From: Leptogorgia sarmentosa
Lineage: Eukaryota
Assembly (NCBI GenBank): GCA_964658305.1
Contig: OZ210884.1
Location: forward strand, 5,084,001 to 5,148,000
Reading direction: 5' to 3'
DNA length: 64,000 bases
In this document: positions 13,101 through 24,420 of the stretch, in pieces
How positions within the stretch are numbered: the stretch's first letter is position 1
Layout: every line of letters starts with the position of its first letter
Program-made: the position numbers and the translations under genes
The notes under the pieces: generated by a model
The model's input: the letters and a program-made list of their open reading frames with translations, nothing else
What the model was told of the DNA's origin: nothing
The model's database searches: none

Positions 13101-13463
13101 ACCACTCAAACCTCAATGAAATCCGCTATCAATTGCTAAGAAGAAAAGTCTATAGTACTCAGAGGCAAGAAAGGTTAAGATGTGGTTGAAAATAACTTCA
13201 CTATTACCTTCCGGTGCATGGAAATCTTACTAGTTGTTTGGCTGAAAAAGTAGTAATGACATACCGAGTCTTCAGAAGGAAAGAAAAACTGAGTAGGAAC
13301 ACTAGAACGAGATTTTTTCTTTTATACTTTTTATGATTTCTGTGAACGGAGTCCATGAATGTATACATCATTAAACTTTTCCTTAACATTTTCAACAGGG
13401 TGATTTATCTACGTATTTACAATTCGATACAGCGGCACAAAACGTTAAAACTCTAGAACAAAC

Positions 13464-13595
13464 CTGTACATGTATGGCCGTCTCCTGTGTAACCAGTGTT
13501 GCACGCGCAGGTAAATGATCCTGATGTGTTTGCGCATGTTGCTTCATTTTGATCAGAATTACAGTCATGACTACCACTTGTATGTTCGTTAATAT
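13464..13595 (-). other. Orphan calcium-binding EGF exon inside SLC43 copy B intron 5
   Basis: ttttcag|AT ATT AAC GAA...TGT ACA G|gtttgt; 132 nt, phase 1-1; encodes DINEHTSGSHDCNSDQNEATCANTSGSFTCACNTGYTGDGHTCT (first Cys replaced by His). Confidence 0.8.
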
Positions 13596-13628
13596 CTGAA
13601 AAAAGATCATAATTCCCAATTAGTTATA

Positions 13629-14439
13629 CAGGGTGTATAAAAAAAAACGCAATCCTACGTTCAAATGCAATTTTCATAACGATAAGAAATAGAAAATATG
13701 CTATATTTACCACCGTTAGAAAGCTCTATCATTCCGCTTTCTTAAGACTGCTTGTTTGTTAAATTTGAGTTGGAAATGAGCGAGTAATGTTATTTTTAGT
13801 AAGTGTGATTGGACAATTTAAAATTTGAGATAGCTTGAATTTTATTAAAAAATTAACTTTAGTTGGTTACAATCATTCAACGTGGCCGCCATTTCTCAGC
13901 ACACACAAATCACTTCGACGTTGCATTTCCCGTGCAACTCTTCTTATTAGTTCATGATTTCCATGTAAAGCATCTGCTTCAAGCTGTATCTGCCGGTATT
14001 TAAGTACGTTACGCCAAACGGTCGTCGAATTTGGGACTTGTCGATCCGGGAAAGCTATTCGAAACAATCTTAAAACTTCCTGAATATTTTTGTTACAAAG
14101 TAACCTTCAACAAATAAAGTTCTTTCTGCTGTAGTGAGCTGTGGCATGATGCCTAAGACTTTAAAATTATTTCGCGAAAATATTTGAAACAAAATATTCG
14201 CATGCAACGATAACGTCCCCTTCGGAATTAAGAACGTCGAATTCGAAGCATCTAAAAATGACTGCTTGCAGTAAATCACTTATTTTGAAGTCCTAAATAG
14301 CCGAAAAAGTCACAATCGACCACTTATTGAGTAGAAAAAAGATAGGGCTAAAACATGAACTAAAACTTAAGACATGGAAATCTATATTATTTTGATTATA
14401 AAGCCTTAAACTTGGATTGCGTTTTTTTTATACACCCTG
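13629..14439 (-). mobile_element. Internally deleted Tc1/mariner-superfamily DNA transposon
   Basis: TIRs CAGGGTGTATAAAAAAAAACGCAATCC / GGATTGCGTTTTTTTTATACACCCTG; TA TSD on both sides. Transposase relics on the minus strand: N-terminal HTH (MPQLTTAERTLFVEGYF..FRIAFPDRQVPNSTTVWRNVLKY) fused to the C-terminus (RRSDLCVLRNGGHVE). Confidence 0.88.
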
Positions 14440-17400
14440 TATACATACATACATTACATTACCTTGTTGTCGCGCTAGCTTCACACCTATCTCTTGGCTG
14501 ATTTGTATAAAGGGCGCGAAATTTAACAATATAACGATTCGCATTTTTTAATTGAAATAACTTTTGTTCTTCATTGTTTGACTGGTCGCGACTGTCTACC
14601 TTCATTTGATGTTTGATTTGACGCAGTGCCACGCTCATCTTCTTGCATTGCAATACTATTCAATCCATTTTTCGTTGTTTCCCTGGGTGTGACCCAAGCA
14701 TTGTCGCATTTCAACTGCCCATCTTCCGCAGTTTTTGAACTGGAGATACCAGAGTTACTTGAGACAGAATCTTTTCCATCACTTACGCTATTGTCAATAA
14801 TCTCTTTTGTGCTGTTTGGGACGTCTTTAGGGAATATCGTAAACGTAATTAATAACAATCCGTGTCCAAAGACAAAACAATAGTACACGATGATAATAGT
14901 TCTGAATGAAATTCCAGCATTATAACATAACTGAAAAGAAATAATGATGATATCGATGAAAAATTAACGCCGAATATTTTTTTATCTTTTTTTCAGTTTT
15001 GTTGTTCGCCGTGTACGTTAACATTTTATGTACTATATTTATATAGCTAAAACACAAGCAGGGGTTCTTTAATCCACAGGGGTATCAATTTTCCTTGCGT
15101 ATTTGCACATTTTACAACACTTCGCTCCCAAACTTTGCCTTTCTACCAATAGCTATTGGGATGGTCTTTAACGTTGTTTCTATGAATTGTAGCTACTATT
15201 TCGAGATTTTTAAAAATTTTGTCTATTATGCAATCGGTCCATTCAAACAATTGATAACGCAGGTATGTTATTTCAGATATTCTATAAGCCTTGATGAGAA
15301 TGGAAAGCGGCAAAGTATTTCACATTGTGGTGGCAGGCTGAACCATTGCGCTGAACAAACTGATGCACATTGACAAACGTTACTCAACAAATGTATACAT
15401 TACAATTCGTTCCTAGTCTCTCCTGTGCGCGCGTTAACATATATAGCCTTGAGAAATAAATTCTGTCTTAACTTGACAGTTGATCTTGAGGCAAATTATT
15501 CATATTTTGCTAGATCTCTGTTCCAGCCACCTGGATAAAACACTATGCATAATTATAGTCTACCTTAAATATAAGTAGCATCACTGATGAAGAATCAATG
15601 GCACCGTTTATAACACTGACAGCTATGTAGCGTCGTCGAGGAAGAACGCCGCAAACCTGCAGGAGAAAAAATGGAATAGATGGAAAAGACGGCTGGAACG
15701 TATTTCTGCATGTGCTGCATGTATAACGTTTACGTTTACTGGTCCGTCGTTATGATGAATGGAGCTGCTCTAGGCCTCCCCCTGTGAAAGCGTAGGGCTG
15801 AGTTCACTGACCCATGCATAAAACGGCAGCATAAGTAAGTTAACCACTAAGCGTTTTCTCCTGCAAGCATTGCGACCATTTTAGTTTTAATTTATGTTAA
15901 TATGTTCTGATGAAACCAGTCGCCAAATTCATTCTGTGTACCTTGACCAGAAGTGACATGTAGAATCCACCACCATGCAATCGTGGTAAGAACAAGTCCA
16001 GGGAACAACATTTCATGGAAGCCTGCAAGTGAATTGAAAGCCATTACTAATTTAGTGATGGAAATTTACTCATTTCTAATCCAGGCCTAAATTTATATGC
16101 AGAGTTTGCGTAACTTTCTGCGGAACTTCCTGGCCTCCCAGGGTGGTTTTTCCCGGACGTGCAGCTTTATAATACGGCACCAGTGACGTAGCGTTGGGGT
16201 AAGGGTAGCGTATATTGTGTATCGTATTTTTACTTTATCGAGAGGAATGAACATTAAGAGACTGAATATCACGATTGTTGGTGCTAAGCGAGATAATTCA
16301 TTTGGAACATCGAAATCACCAGAAATGGTTCAGTCTCCTAACTCTCCTTTTTGAGTTTTTTACCGACGATGGTAATAGCACCAATAGTCCAGCATACAAA
16401 TCAATTTACTGTCGGATTAGCATGTACGGGGGATGTCGTCATTTATTTCAACCAGGTATCACTAAATTGCTCCCTGAAGGTCAACGAAGGTCAACGATAA
16501 TGTTGTCCCCTGAAGGTCAACGGTCAAAGCTAAAAATCTTAGTTCTCCAAGCTCGAAAAGGATACTGGGGTAATGGTATGTTCCTTATTTAGTAACAACT
16601 CATTAGCGACAGTTTCTTGATGACCCAAACAATAAGAATATGATAAAGATTTTCAGCGACGAAGTATAATTTATGAGCAATAAATACGACACCCAGCAAG
16701 CTGTTCGACCTTAAAATTCGAGGTTTTGTCTAGTTATATATATATATAGATGACAAAATGCAATACTCGTATCAACCAGTTTGACATTTATGTATAACAG
16801 AATAGCTGGCTACGATGCAAGAGAATGCTAAAAATACTCAAGTAATAAAATTTAATTAAATTTTCGGCTGAATGTCTCAGCCTTCCTTTTTCTAGAATTC
16901 TGAAGATCAGGTTCGCATTTTTTCTAGTCTGAGTGTTTTGTTTTGGTTTGTTTTGTACATGTAAAAATTATTGGGGGGGCTCAATCCCTCCCAGTCCCCC
17001 CCTCCCCCCCCCCGCTTACGACGGCCTTGCATTGATTGCACGTTTACTAACATACCATACGTAGATATAAACATCGCCCCACCAGCCAGCAAGTAAATAA
17101 AACTAGATGTGAAAAATAAGAAAAGAAATGATGGGAGTGTGAAAAACGTTAACAGAATTTTACAAGTAAAATAATAAAGAAGTATTTGCATGCAGATTAC
17201 AAAGAAGCTTTGAATACAGAAAGTTTACTAAGATTACATGTATATGTTGGTATAACTGGAGGATCAAAACCTTACCTTGCCAGTATCCTTGTCTTTCTAA
17301 AGCCAAACATATCCATATATTTGCCACTGAGGAATATTGAAGCAAAAGTAGCGAAAACAGAGATTGTATAGGCCATACGAAGAACGCTGTCTTGCTCTCC

Positions 17401-18012
17401 ACATGTCCGTGTATTTACATATTCACTGCTATTGGATTTACTTGTGTTTGTTTGCGATATAATAGTAAAGTTAGATTTTGCCTCATGGCCGCAATAAGAC
17501 GAAAAATATTGTTCATTTTCAAGGATTTCCAATAATTGAGCCCATCCGAATATGCAAGCTGTACACAGAACGCTTTCAAATACACTCCAGACAACCAAAG
17601 CAAGATACGTATACATGCCTACATTAAAAATTCAAAATTGATAATCAACTCATCACAATATATTTTATTCTTTATACCAGTTTTATGTTGGTTTCTCTTG
17701 ACTCAATAGATCCACTTCTTTCAAATTATTTTCCAGCCACCTTAATTCTTTCTCAAGCAGCGATCAATATATAGGTCGGATTTGTGTTGAAAATATCGTT
17801 AGCTACTCGCGGTGTTATTTCATTTGAGGTGCAGTCATCCATGCCGTCACGGAGAGAAATTTTGTAAATGAACAGGGGAGTGGTAAACAATACAATTTTC
17901 AATATGTCTCTACCAGACGCACGTTTCATTCGTCGGGATATTTTGGAGATTTAAACAAAAGCTTTTATGCACTGATTTTTTCGTACGAAAAGTTGGGAAA
18001 AGCACATGTATT

Positions 18013-19264
18013 CAAGGGCGTACATGTCGATTTTGTTTGGGGGGTGTAAATCATAATGGAGACCAATTCGAGTGCCGAAGGCACGAGAAACCTAGAGGGG
18101 TCTGGGGGCATGCCCCCCGGGAAAATTTTGAAATTTGGGTCTCGGAAATGGCATTTCAAGCATTTTGAGAACATGTTATCTGTTAGAAGGAAGGTGTTTA
18201 AACGCCTGTCCGCATAACACCATTCAGAGACGACGGCGACTCCAACGGCAACGTTGAAGCGGGGAATGAGCTGGGCCGAGAACGCCGTCGCGTCGTACAC
18301 TTCCGGGATTTTAAGATTTTGAATTTTGTCAACACTCAACAACGAGAACGCCATCTCATAGCTGTGTTGATATATGTTTAAATCTTGACTGTCTATGCTC
18401 TTAATATAGGCTTTAATTGTTTGTCTTTGTTTGAACGTGCAAAAATGATCAATATATTCTCTATAAATACCTTCAAACAAGCCTATTTATTTATAAGCGT
18501 ACGGGCTACATTTTTTCAGGGGGGGGGGGGCACGCAGAAAGATCTTTGCCCGAATTTGAGGGTAGCGAATGTCACGAGGCGCCACCATGGGAGCGAGAAA
18601 TTTTTGAACTTTTACAACCTCTGCATTTCCGGAAACGGTGATTTCAGAGTTCTAATTCCACTTTCTTGGTACGCTCGTTCAGGTGAACGACTGGAGGATT
18701 GTTGACATTACCTTATTCCTCAGATTTTTGCCAGAATTATGCTCAAAATCAGTGCCTGAATTTTCCATTTTGAAATTACTGCAAAGTCAGCAAAAACTAG
18801 TTCACCCGTTACTTCCGGTTGGTGTTGCCGTCACAGTTTTCTCGCAATCTTAAGGTCCCAAATGACGCCTTTCCGCATAACACCATTCGTAAACTGCATA
18901 ATCACTTTACTTTTCACTCGGGCTACCGTAGGTAGACCGAGTTTAAAAATGGGCTTCGATTTTCCTTTTTTTCGGTCGCGAGTTTGCAAAAAACACGCGT
19001 GGGCGACACGAAGTCCTTGAACCAATGAAAACCTTCGTTGAAAACCACGCGCACTGCCAGTGGGTTCGTCATTTATAAACTGATAGGCGTCTTGTTATAA
19101 TTTATTGTTATGAATGCAGTCGGTCTCGAGATAATATGTCGGTTTTCGCTCAGCAACGCATTTAATCCTTCTATTGCGTAATTTTGTATTTTGAGACCGA
19201 CTGGCCAGTGCCTTTGGGGGGTGAACCACCCCCCCCCCCCACACACCCCATATTTACGCCCCTA
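18013..19264. mobile_element. hAT-like non-autonomous element with nested fragments
   Basis: Ends CAAGGGCGTA / TACGCCCCTA; 8-bp flanks CATGTATT and AATGTATT (7/8 match); internal GGGGTCTGGGGGCATGCCCCCCGGGAAAATTTTGAAATT subterminal motif. Confidence 0.55.
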
Positions 19265-20099
19265 AATGTATTAGATAATGGGCAATTATTTCCTGTAGCT
19301 AAAGAGTGTGACAAGAACTTATGCAGGGTGTATAAAAAAAGTGAACAAAATAAAGTAAAAAGTAAAAAAAGTATTGGATGTTTTTTTAATGAAAATATTC
19401 ACACTATTTAACAATTAGATTACGAGCTCGAGATTTCTATGCGGTGATAGTCAACTATCATCTCGTAGAAATCGAGAGCGAGTAATCTAATTGTTTTAGT
19501 AGAATCAGAGATCAAACATGAAAATATTGCAAAAAATAATTTAAAAACGCGTCTCAGAAGACATTTTCTTGAACGAAAATTCACATATTTTGCTACTCGC
19601 TATCTATCCAGGAATAGATATCGAGTAGAGTAGCCAATCAAATTGCAGCATTTGCAATAGTATACGAGTATGATTCTACTAAATGTAAATATGTTAATGA
19701 AAATTTATTTTCCCTTCGGGGGGGGGGGGGGGGGTGAGGGGAGGTACACCCCCACACAAGCCCGGTCGCTACACCGTTGGACATTATATATAATGATTTC
19801 TTGAACTGTTCCCAGTTGAAATTTCAACATGCGTGCAGTTTCCACTCAATGCCGAGACAGATAACCCGTGCAGAAAAGTGCCATAAAACACAACAGTAAG
19901 ACTCATTCACTCTACAGCGATTTAAATACCAGCTTTTGGTTCGTGGAGCGAAGTAAGTGGAGCGCGCTTCCTCATTCCTAGATATATTTTGCATCGATCT
20001 CGAAAAGACTTGCAATTGTGTTAGAGAAATGTAGCTACCTTATCCACCAACGGAGTTAAATTCAATTTAAACCACACGAGTCTTTTGTCACCAGGGTAA

Positions 20100-20420
20100 C
20101 CACATATTATCGATAACATTGGTATCTATGGACTTCAAAGTGCAATGACCCCTGCGGTATTTCCATGGAATTGTTTCGCATTATAGTGACCTTGCTGGAG
20201 GTTTGCATAAATGAAATTTTTCTTCAAATATTTTGTCATTATATGCAACAGCGACAAACAAATCTTGATAAACTCGATTTACTCAACTTGTAACTGAATT
20301 AAGAAGAGGTAAACTGAGGATTTTACAACAATATTGGTGGTTTAATGTACCAAATGCCGATGTCGAGAACTAGTAAGGTAGGTTTCACGGAAAAAAGAAA
20401 TTAGCTGAATGTGTTTGTAT
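20100..20420 (+). promoter_or_regulatory. Putative promoter and non-coding first exon of gene C (donor at ~20378)
   Basis: Homologous to 48440-48720 upstream of gene D (TCTyGATAAACTCG..ACT.AACTTGTAACTGA.TTAAGAA...AAG|GTA...ATTAGCTGAAT). The gene C ATG exon is directly preceded by an AG acceptor. Confidence 0.55.
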
Positions 20421-20734
20421 TCTAATTTTAGTATGATAACCGAATATGATAGTGCTAAAATATTGTACATTGTGACACTCACACTTTATCTTCATGATGA
20501 ATCTCAGGATCTCTTATCTCACGATAAGTATGAAGCGTTATGTTTAAACTCGCCTGTATGTATACTTTAACAGCTGAAACCAACTAGTTGACACAGATGG
20601 GGTTTAAATTTTAATGAAGCTATAAATCGCTGTCACCGAAGTCAGGAAAAATTAATTAATCGTTTCAAAGATTACAAAGAATTAAAACACTATTAAGTTG
20701 ATAGAGAAAATTGTGGATGTGCAACCATGATTAA

Positions 20735-23700
20735 ACATATTTAAACTTTTGAGACGCTCTCTGGTTGAAATATTTATTTCATTACAAGCTTTCGGCTATC
20801 TGTGGCTACTCAGCCGTTGTCTATTCCGTGATAGACCACGGTTCGCGAAAAAGCAAAGGAAAACAATATGGCTTGTCTACTGCAGAAAACTCGCGTCAGC
20901 TAGTTTTGCTGAGGTTTCTGAAGAGTTTTCTTGATATAAACAATTCTGGGCATAGAGTACTTGTATACTAAAACTCGGTCTCGTTGTCTATGAGCGAATA
21001 GTTAACTCGGACTTCGTACTCGTTGACTATTAGAGACCTTAAGATCTATAACGCGACCAACTCGTCGACGAGCTTTCCGAAGAAAGAAACTCTCAACGGC
21101 GTTGTGCATGGTTTTCAACGCAACATTAAACAAAGCATTATCACGTCTTCAAAACAACGTGAAGGCTGATTGCAACGTGAGAGCTGTAACTTCAAGTTGA
21201 CTACAGCAACAATGGCATCGCTTTGGCTGACCTATAGCAGCATGTAACTGTTTCTTGAAAAAAATTCCAACACAATTAAAGCATAAAAAGTCAGCACTCA
21301 TTTTCAAGCTGAAATTTGACCCCTTCGTCGAGTTGTGGCGTAACTCGCGTTGTAAATCTTAAGGTCCGTATTCGCTCATTGACAACGAGACCTCCTTGTC
21401 TAATTGTTAAATAGCCTTCCAAGGGTAGAATACAAATGGGAAAAGACGCTAACAATAAAATATGAATCTACATGCGACCTAGGTGGATATATCCTAAATT
21501 ATGCTTAAAATATTTACAAGAGAAAGTGTGAAACACAGAATGTAATGTTTAATGTTTTTTTGTCAGCATAATATACTGTCCGGGGAGAAGCTTGGAATTG
21601 TTGTCTTCTTGATCAATGATCAGACAGGGCCGTGTGCCAGGATTCGAATATTTTCCGAGTTCTAAAATTTCCTTTGTCGATCACTTTTGCCGCATCAAAG
21701 TCAATTACATGATCCAATGACCACGCGCATGTTAGCAATGTTGGAACCTTTCTTGTCACGTTGCACATTTCGGACGTGGTCTAATTTTCTCGTTTTTAAA
21801 GATCTACCAGTCTCACCAATGTAATTGTCCATGGGGACAATCTTTGCATGGAATCATAAGCTTGTAGACGACATTTGTCTGTTCTTCTGAGGGTGTTCGA
21901 TGTTTGACAGATGCGAATCCATGTTGCAAGGTTTCCTTAAAGTTTCCGACACGCCGCTAAAAACCTTGCAACATTAGAATCCTGGCACACGGCCCTGTCT
22001 GATCAAGCAGACAACAATTCCAAGCCGCTCCCTGGACAGTATATTATGCTGACAAAAAACATTAAACATTACATTCTGGTTCACACCAGAGGAGGTTGGA
22101 CAGCAGACCGCAAAGCATCATGGGTAAGAGCGTCTAATTACACGTGCGGCCTCATTCATACTTTGACTGCCGCGATGTAAACATCTCTGGTCCAATTAAT
22201 AAATGGACGCGTTTGGAGTTTGACTTCGATTCTTCTTGAAAATAGCGTGGGCCGCGTGGCAAAACTTTATTGTTGTGATCCTTACGATAGTTGCTGTTTA
22301 CTATTCCAAGTTTACCGTTTTTAAATTGCCTGGCTTTCTTAGTAACCGTCTTTAATTATTGCCGAGTCGCCATGTATGATCAAAGTAATTACAGTATCCA
22401 GGTTGGTATATCAATATTTGAACTACAATGCATTCATTTTAATATATTTCTTATTTGTTTTATTATTTACGATTGCATGTAAAAAGAATTTACTTGTGAT
22501 ACTTAACTTGCTAAGTTATGCATGGCTGTATAAATTTTCCTTTGTATCAGACTATCAGATGGTGAATTTCATTATTTCATCTATTCATTCTATTGCTTAC
22601 ATAATATTCCTGAATTGCATGTATCTGGGTTACATGTAACTTAGGAATTCTAATTTTGAGAAAAAGATTTTCTGTTGTGATTTTATAGAAAGAAATTTGC
22701 TTAGACATGTATGGTTGGCTGATTTTGAACTTGGGCAAGATGGCAATGACCAGTTAAAAGGAACTAAATATAGTGGAATTTGATGAAATAAAATGCTATG
22801 AATCTGAAAGCAGCAATGATGAAGACATTCCATTGGTTCCACTGCTCATGAAAATATTAATTCCAAACTTTGATACTGCCATATCTTGTTCTTGAAGAGA
22901 TGTTTTAATATAAAAAATATGGTACAATAAACCAAGCCCTACAGTTATTGAATGGAATGCATGTGTTGGGTATACTGTATTTCTACTAAACTGAGTAGTG
23001 TTTGCTCCACCCATGCTGTAATCACTGACAGGATATACATGTACAAATTTGAAACTGTGTTTTTAATAAAAACAACATTACACAAGACATTTGGTATAAA
23101 CAACTGTAACATATGTCGTATGAATAAATTAATAAATTTGTGAAACTGTTTAATTATCTTGAGCACTTTATATAATAGGAATGGAAAATTTGTGTCAACC
23201 ATGGTTGTGTAATAAAAGTCTCTAACTTTTTGAGTCTATCAACATTGTAACATTTTTCATAATAAGACAAACAACACACAACAATTACATGTTATTGGGT
23301 AATTACAATATTAATATCAATAGCTTTGGCCAATTACTATCACCCAAATCTGTATCTCTACAGTACTGTACATATATTTGTACATTTTGTACTTGGCTCA
23401 GGAGCTGGTAAATCTTCTGCTGGATTGAACTGGACTGCTAATGCAACTCGGGTGGCCCTGTTGAGGGATCACTTTGCCACAAACATCCCCCAGGATCAGC
23501 TGTTGTTCAGCAGGTGACTGAAAAGAGCATTACATTTAATGCTGCCACACATTATGCACCTGTAATAAGTAACAATATATGAATAACAAAACAATAATAA
23601 TTTGAGCATTCTATGCATAACCAGAAGATAAAAAAACAGTAGCCCTAATGATTATGTGTGTAGGAACTCCTAACTGATCCAAAATATACATCACTCATGA

Positions 23701-24420
23701 ATAGCAATAATATTAGGTTGCCCAGGGATGAGTAGATGGTTTCAATAAGGCCTTTTGGGGAACATTAACTATCTTAAAACCCTTTATAATTTAGCTGTAA
23801 CACGATATAAGGGTTGGGTCGTAAAACTTGCGTGAGGCGACAACTTATGTCAAAAGGCAACATGAAAGTAACAACCCAAAATTATACTCTACATAAAGCC
23901 TAAGAAAACATTGTTTTAAATGTTCAAATATTCCTGTGAAACTAATTGAACACCTCGTGTAATAAATACATTAATGAATACTTTAAACCTCGCCACTAAC
24001 TTCACAAATTATTTAACAAAATAATGTTTCTTGGTAACAAGGCGAAGCACCATTTTTGGCAAATGTCAAAACGAGTCATGTCGATTCAAAGTGAAATTTC
24101 TATATCGCGCGGCCGGGTAATTCGGGGTAATTCCGTAGGTTTTTAGTTCATACATTTGTGCTCATGTTGACAAAAAATCGAAGAAATCGAACCACGGGAA
24201 TTCGAGATTTTCCATTTTAAGGGTTCACACGTTCTCTTAAATATTTTATGCATAATTTAGGATATATCAACCTAGGTTGCATGTAGTTTCATATTTCATT
24301 GTTAGCGTCCTTTCCCATTTGTACCGTATTCTACCCGTTGAAGGCTATAGACTGATAGCCGAAAGCCTGTAATAAAATAAACATTTCAACCAGAGAGCGT
24401 CTCAGAAGTTTAAATATAAT
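20735..24420 (-). mobile_element. Second Penelope-like relic (degenerate GIY-YIG) with inverted termini, each arm interrupted by a later insertion
   Basis: Minus strand ~21905-21550 reads EEQTNVVYK..PCKDC..YIGETGRSLKTRKLDH..SNIAN.AW..DHVIDFDAAKVIDKG..RKIFESWHT, with frameshifts. Left arm 20738-20801 plus 21411-21646; right arm 21979-22086 plus 24222-24418. Confidence 0.75.
21032..21369. mobile_element. Harbinger-like MITE nested in an interspersed repeat
   Basis: TIRs GACCTTAAGATCTATAACGCGA / TCGCGTTGTAAATCTTAAGGTC; splits GACTATT|CGCTCAT, which is contiguous at 5645-5660. Confidence 0.7.

Larger units (their letters stand above)
10375..17616 (-). pseudogene. SLC43A-like: SLC43-family transporter copy B; frameshifted in exon 3 (probable recent pseudogene or null allele)
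   Basis: Exons 17616-17276, 17102-17056, 16022-15942, 15656-15564, 14930-14600, 12910-12761, 12384-12191, 11382-11309, 10923-10800, 10527-10375 match copy A one for one. Exon 3 is 81 nt versus 77 nt because of a 4-nt insertion at ~15975-15978, giving TGA at 15597-15595. All other exons are open. Confidence 0.8.

Noticed and set aside
16858..16890. GGCTGA gacat TCAGCC GAAA on the minus strand, like hammerhead stem II
   Set aside because: The CUGANGA half and stem I are missing; at most a Penelope terminal remnant.
19325..19350. CAGGGTGTATA Tc1-like ends, also at ~24487
   Set aside because: No partner TIR was found, so no element boundaries can be supported.
23326..23517. Short ORF with VLGSGAGKSS, resembling a P-loop
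   Set aside because: Spacing does not fit GxxxxGKS and no further NTPase motifs or linked exons were found.
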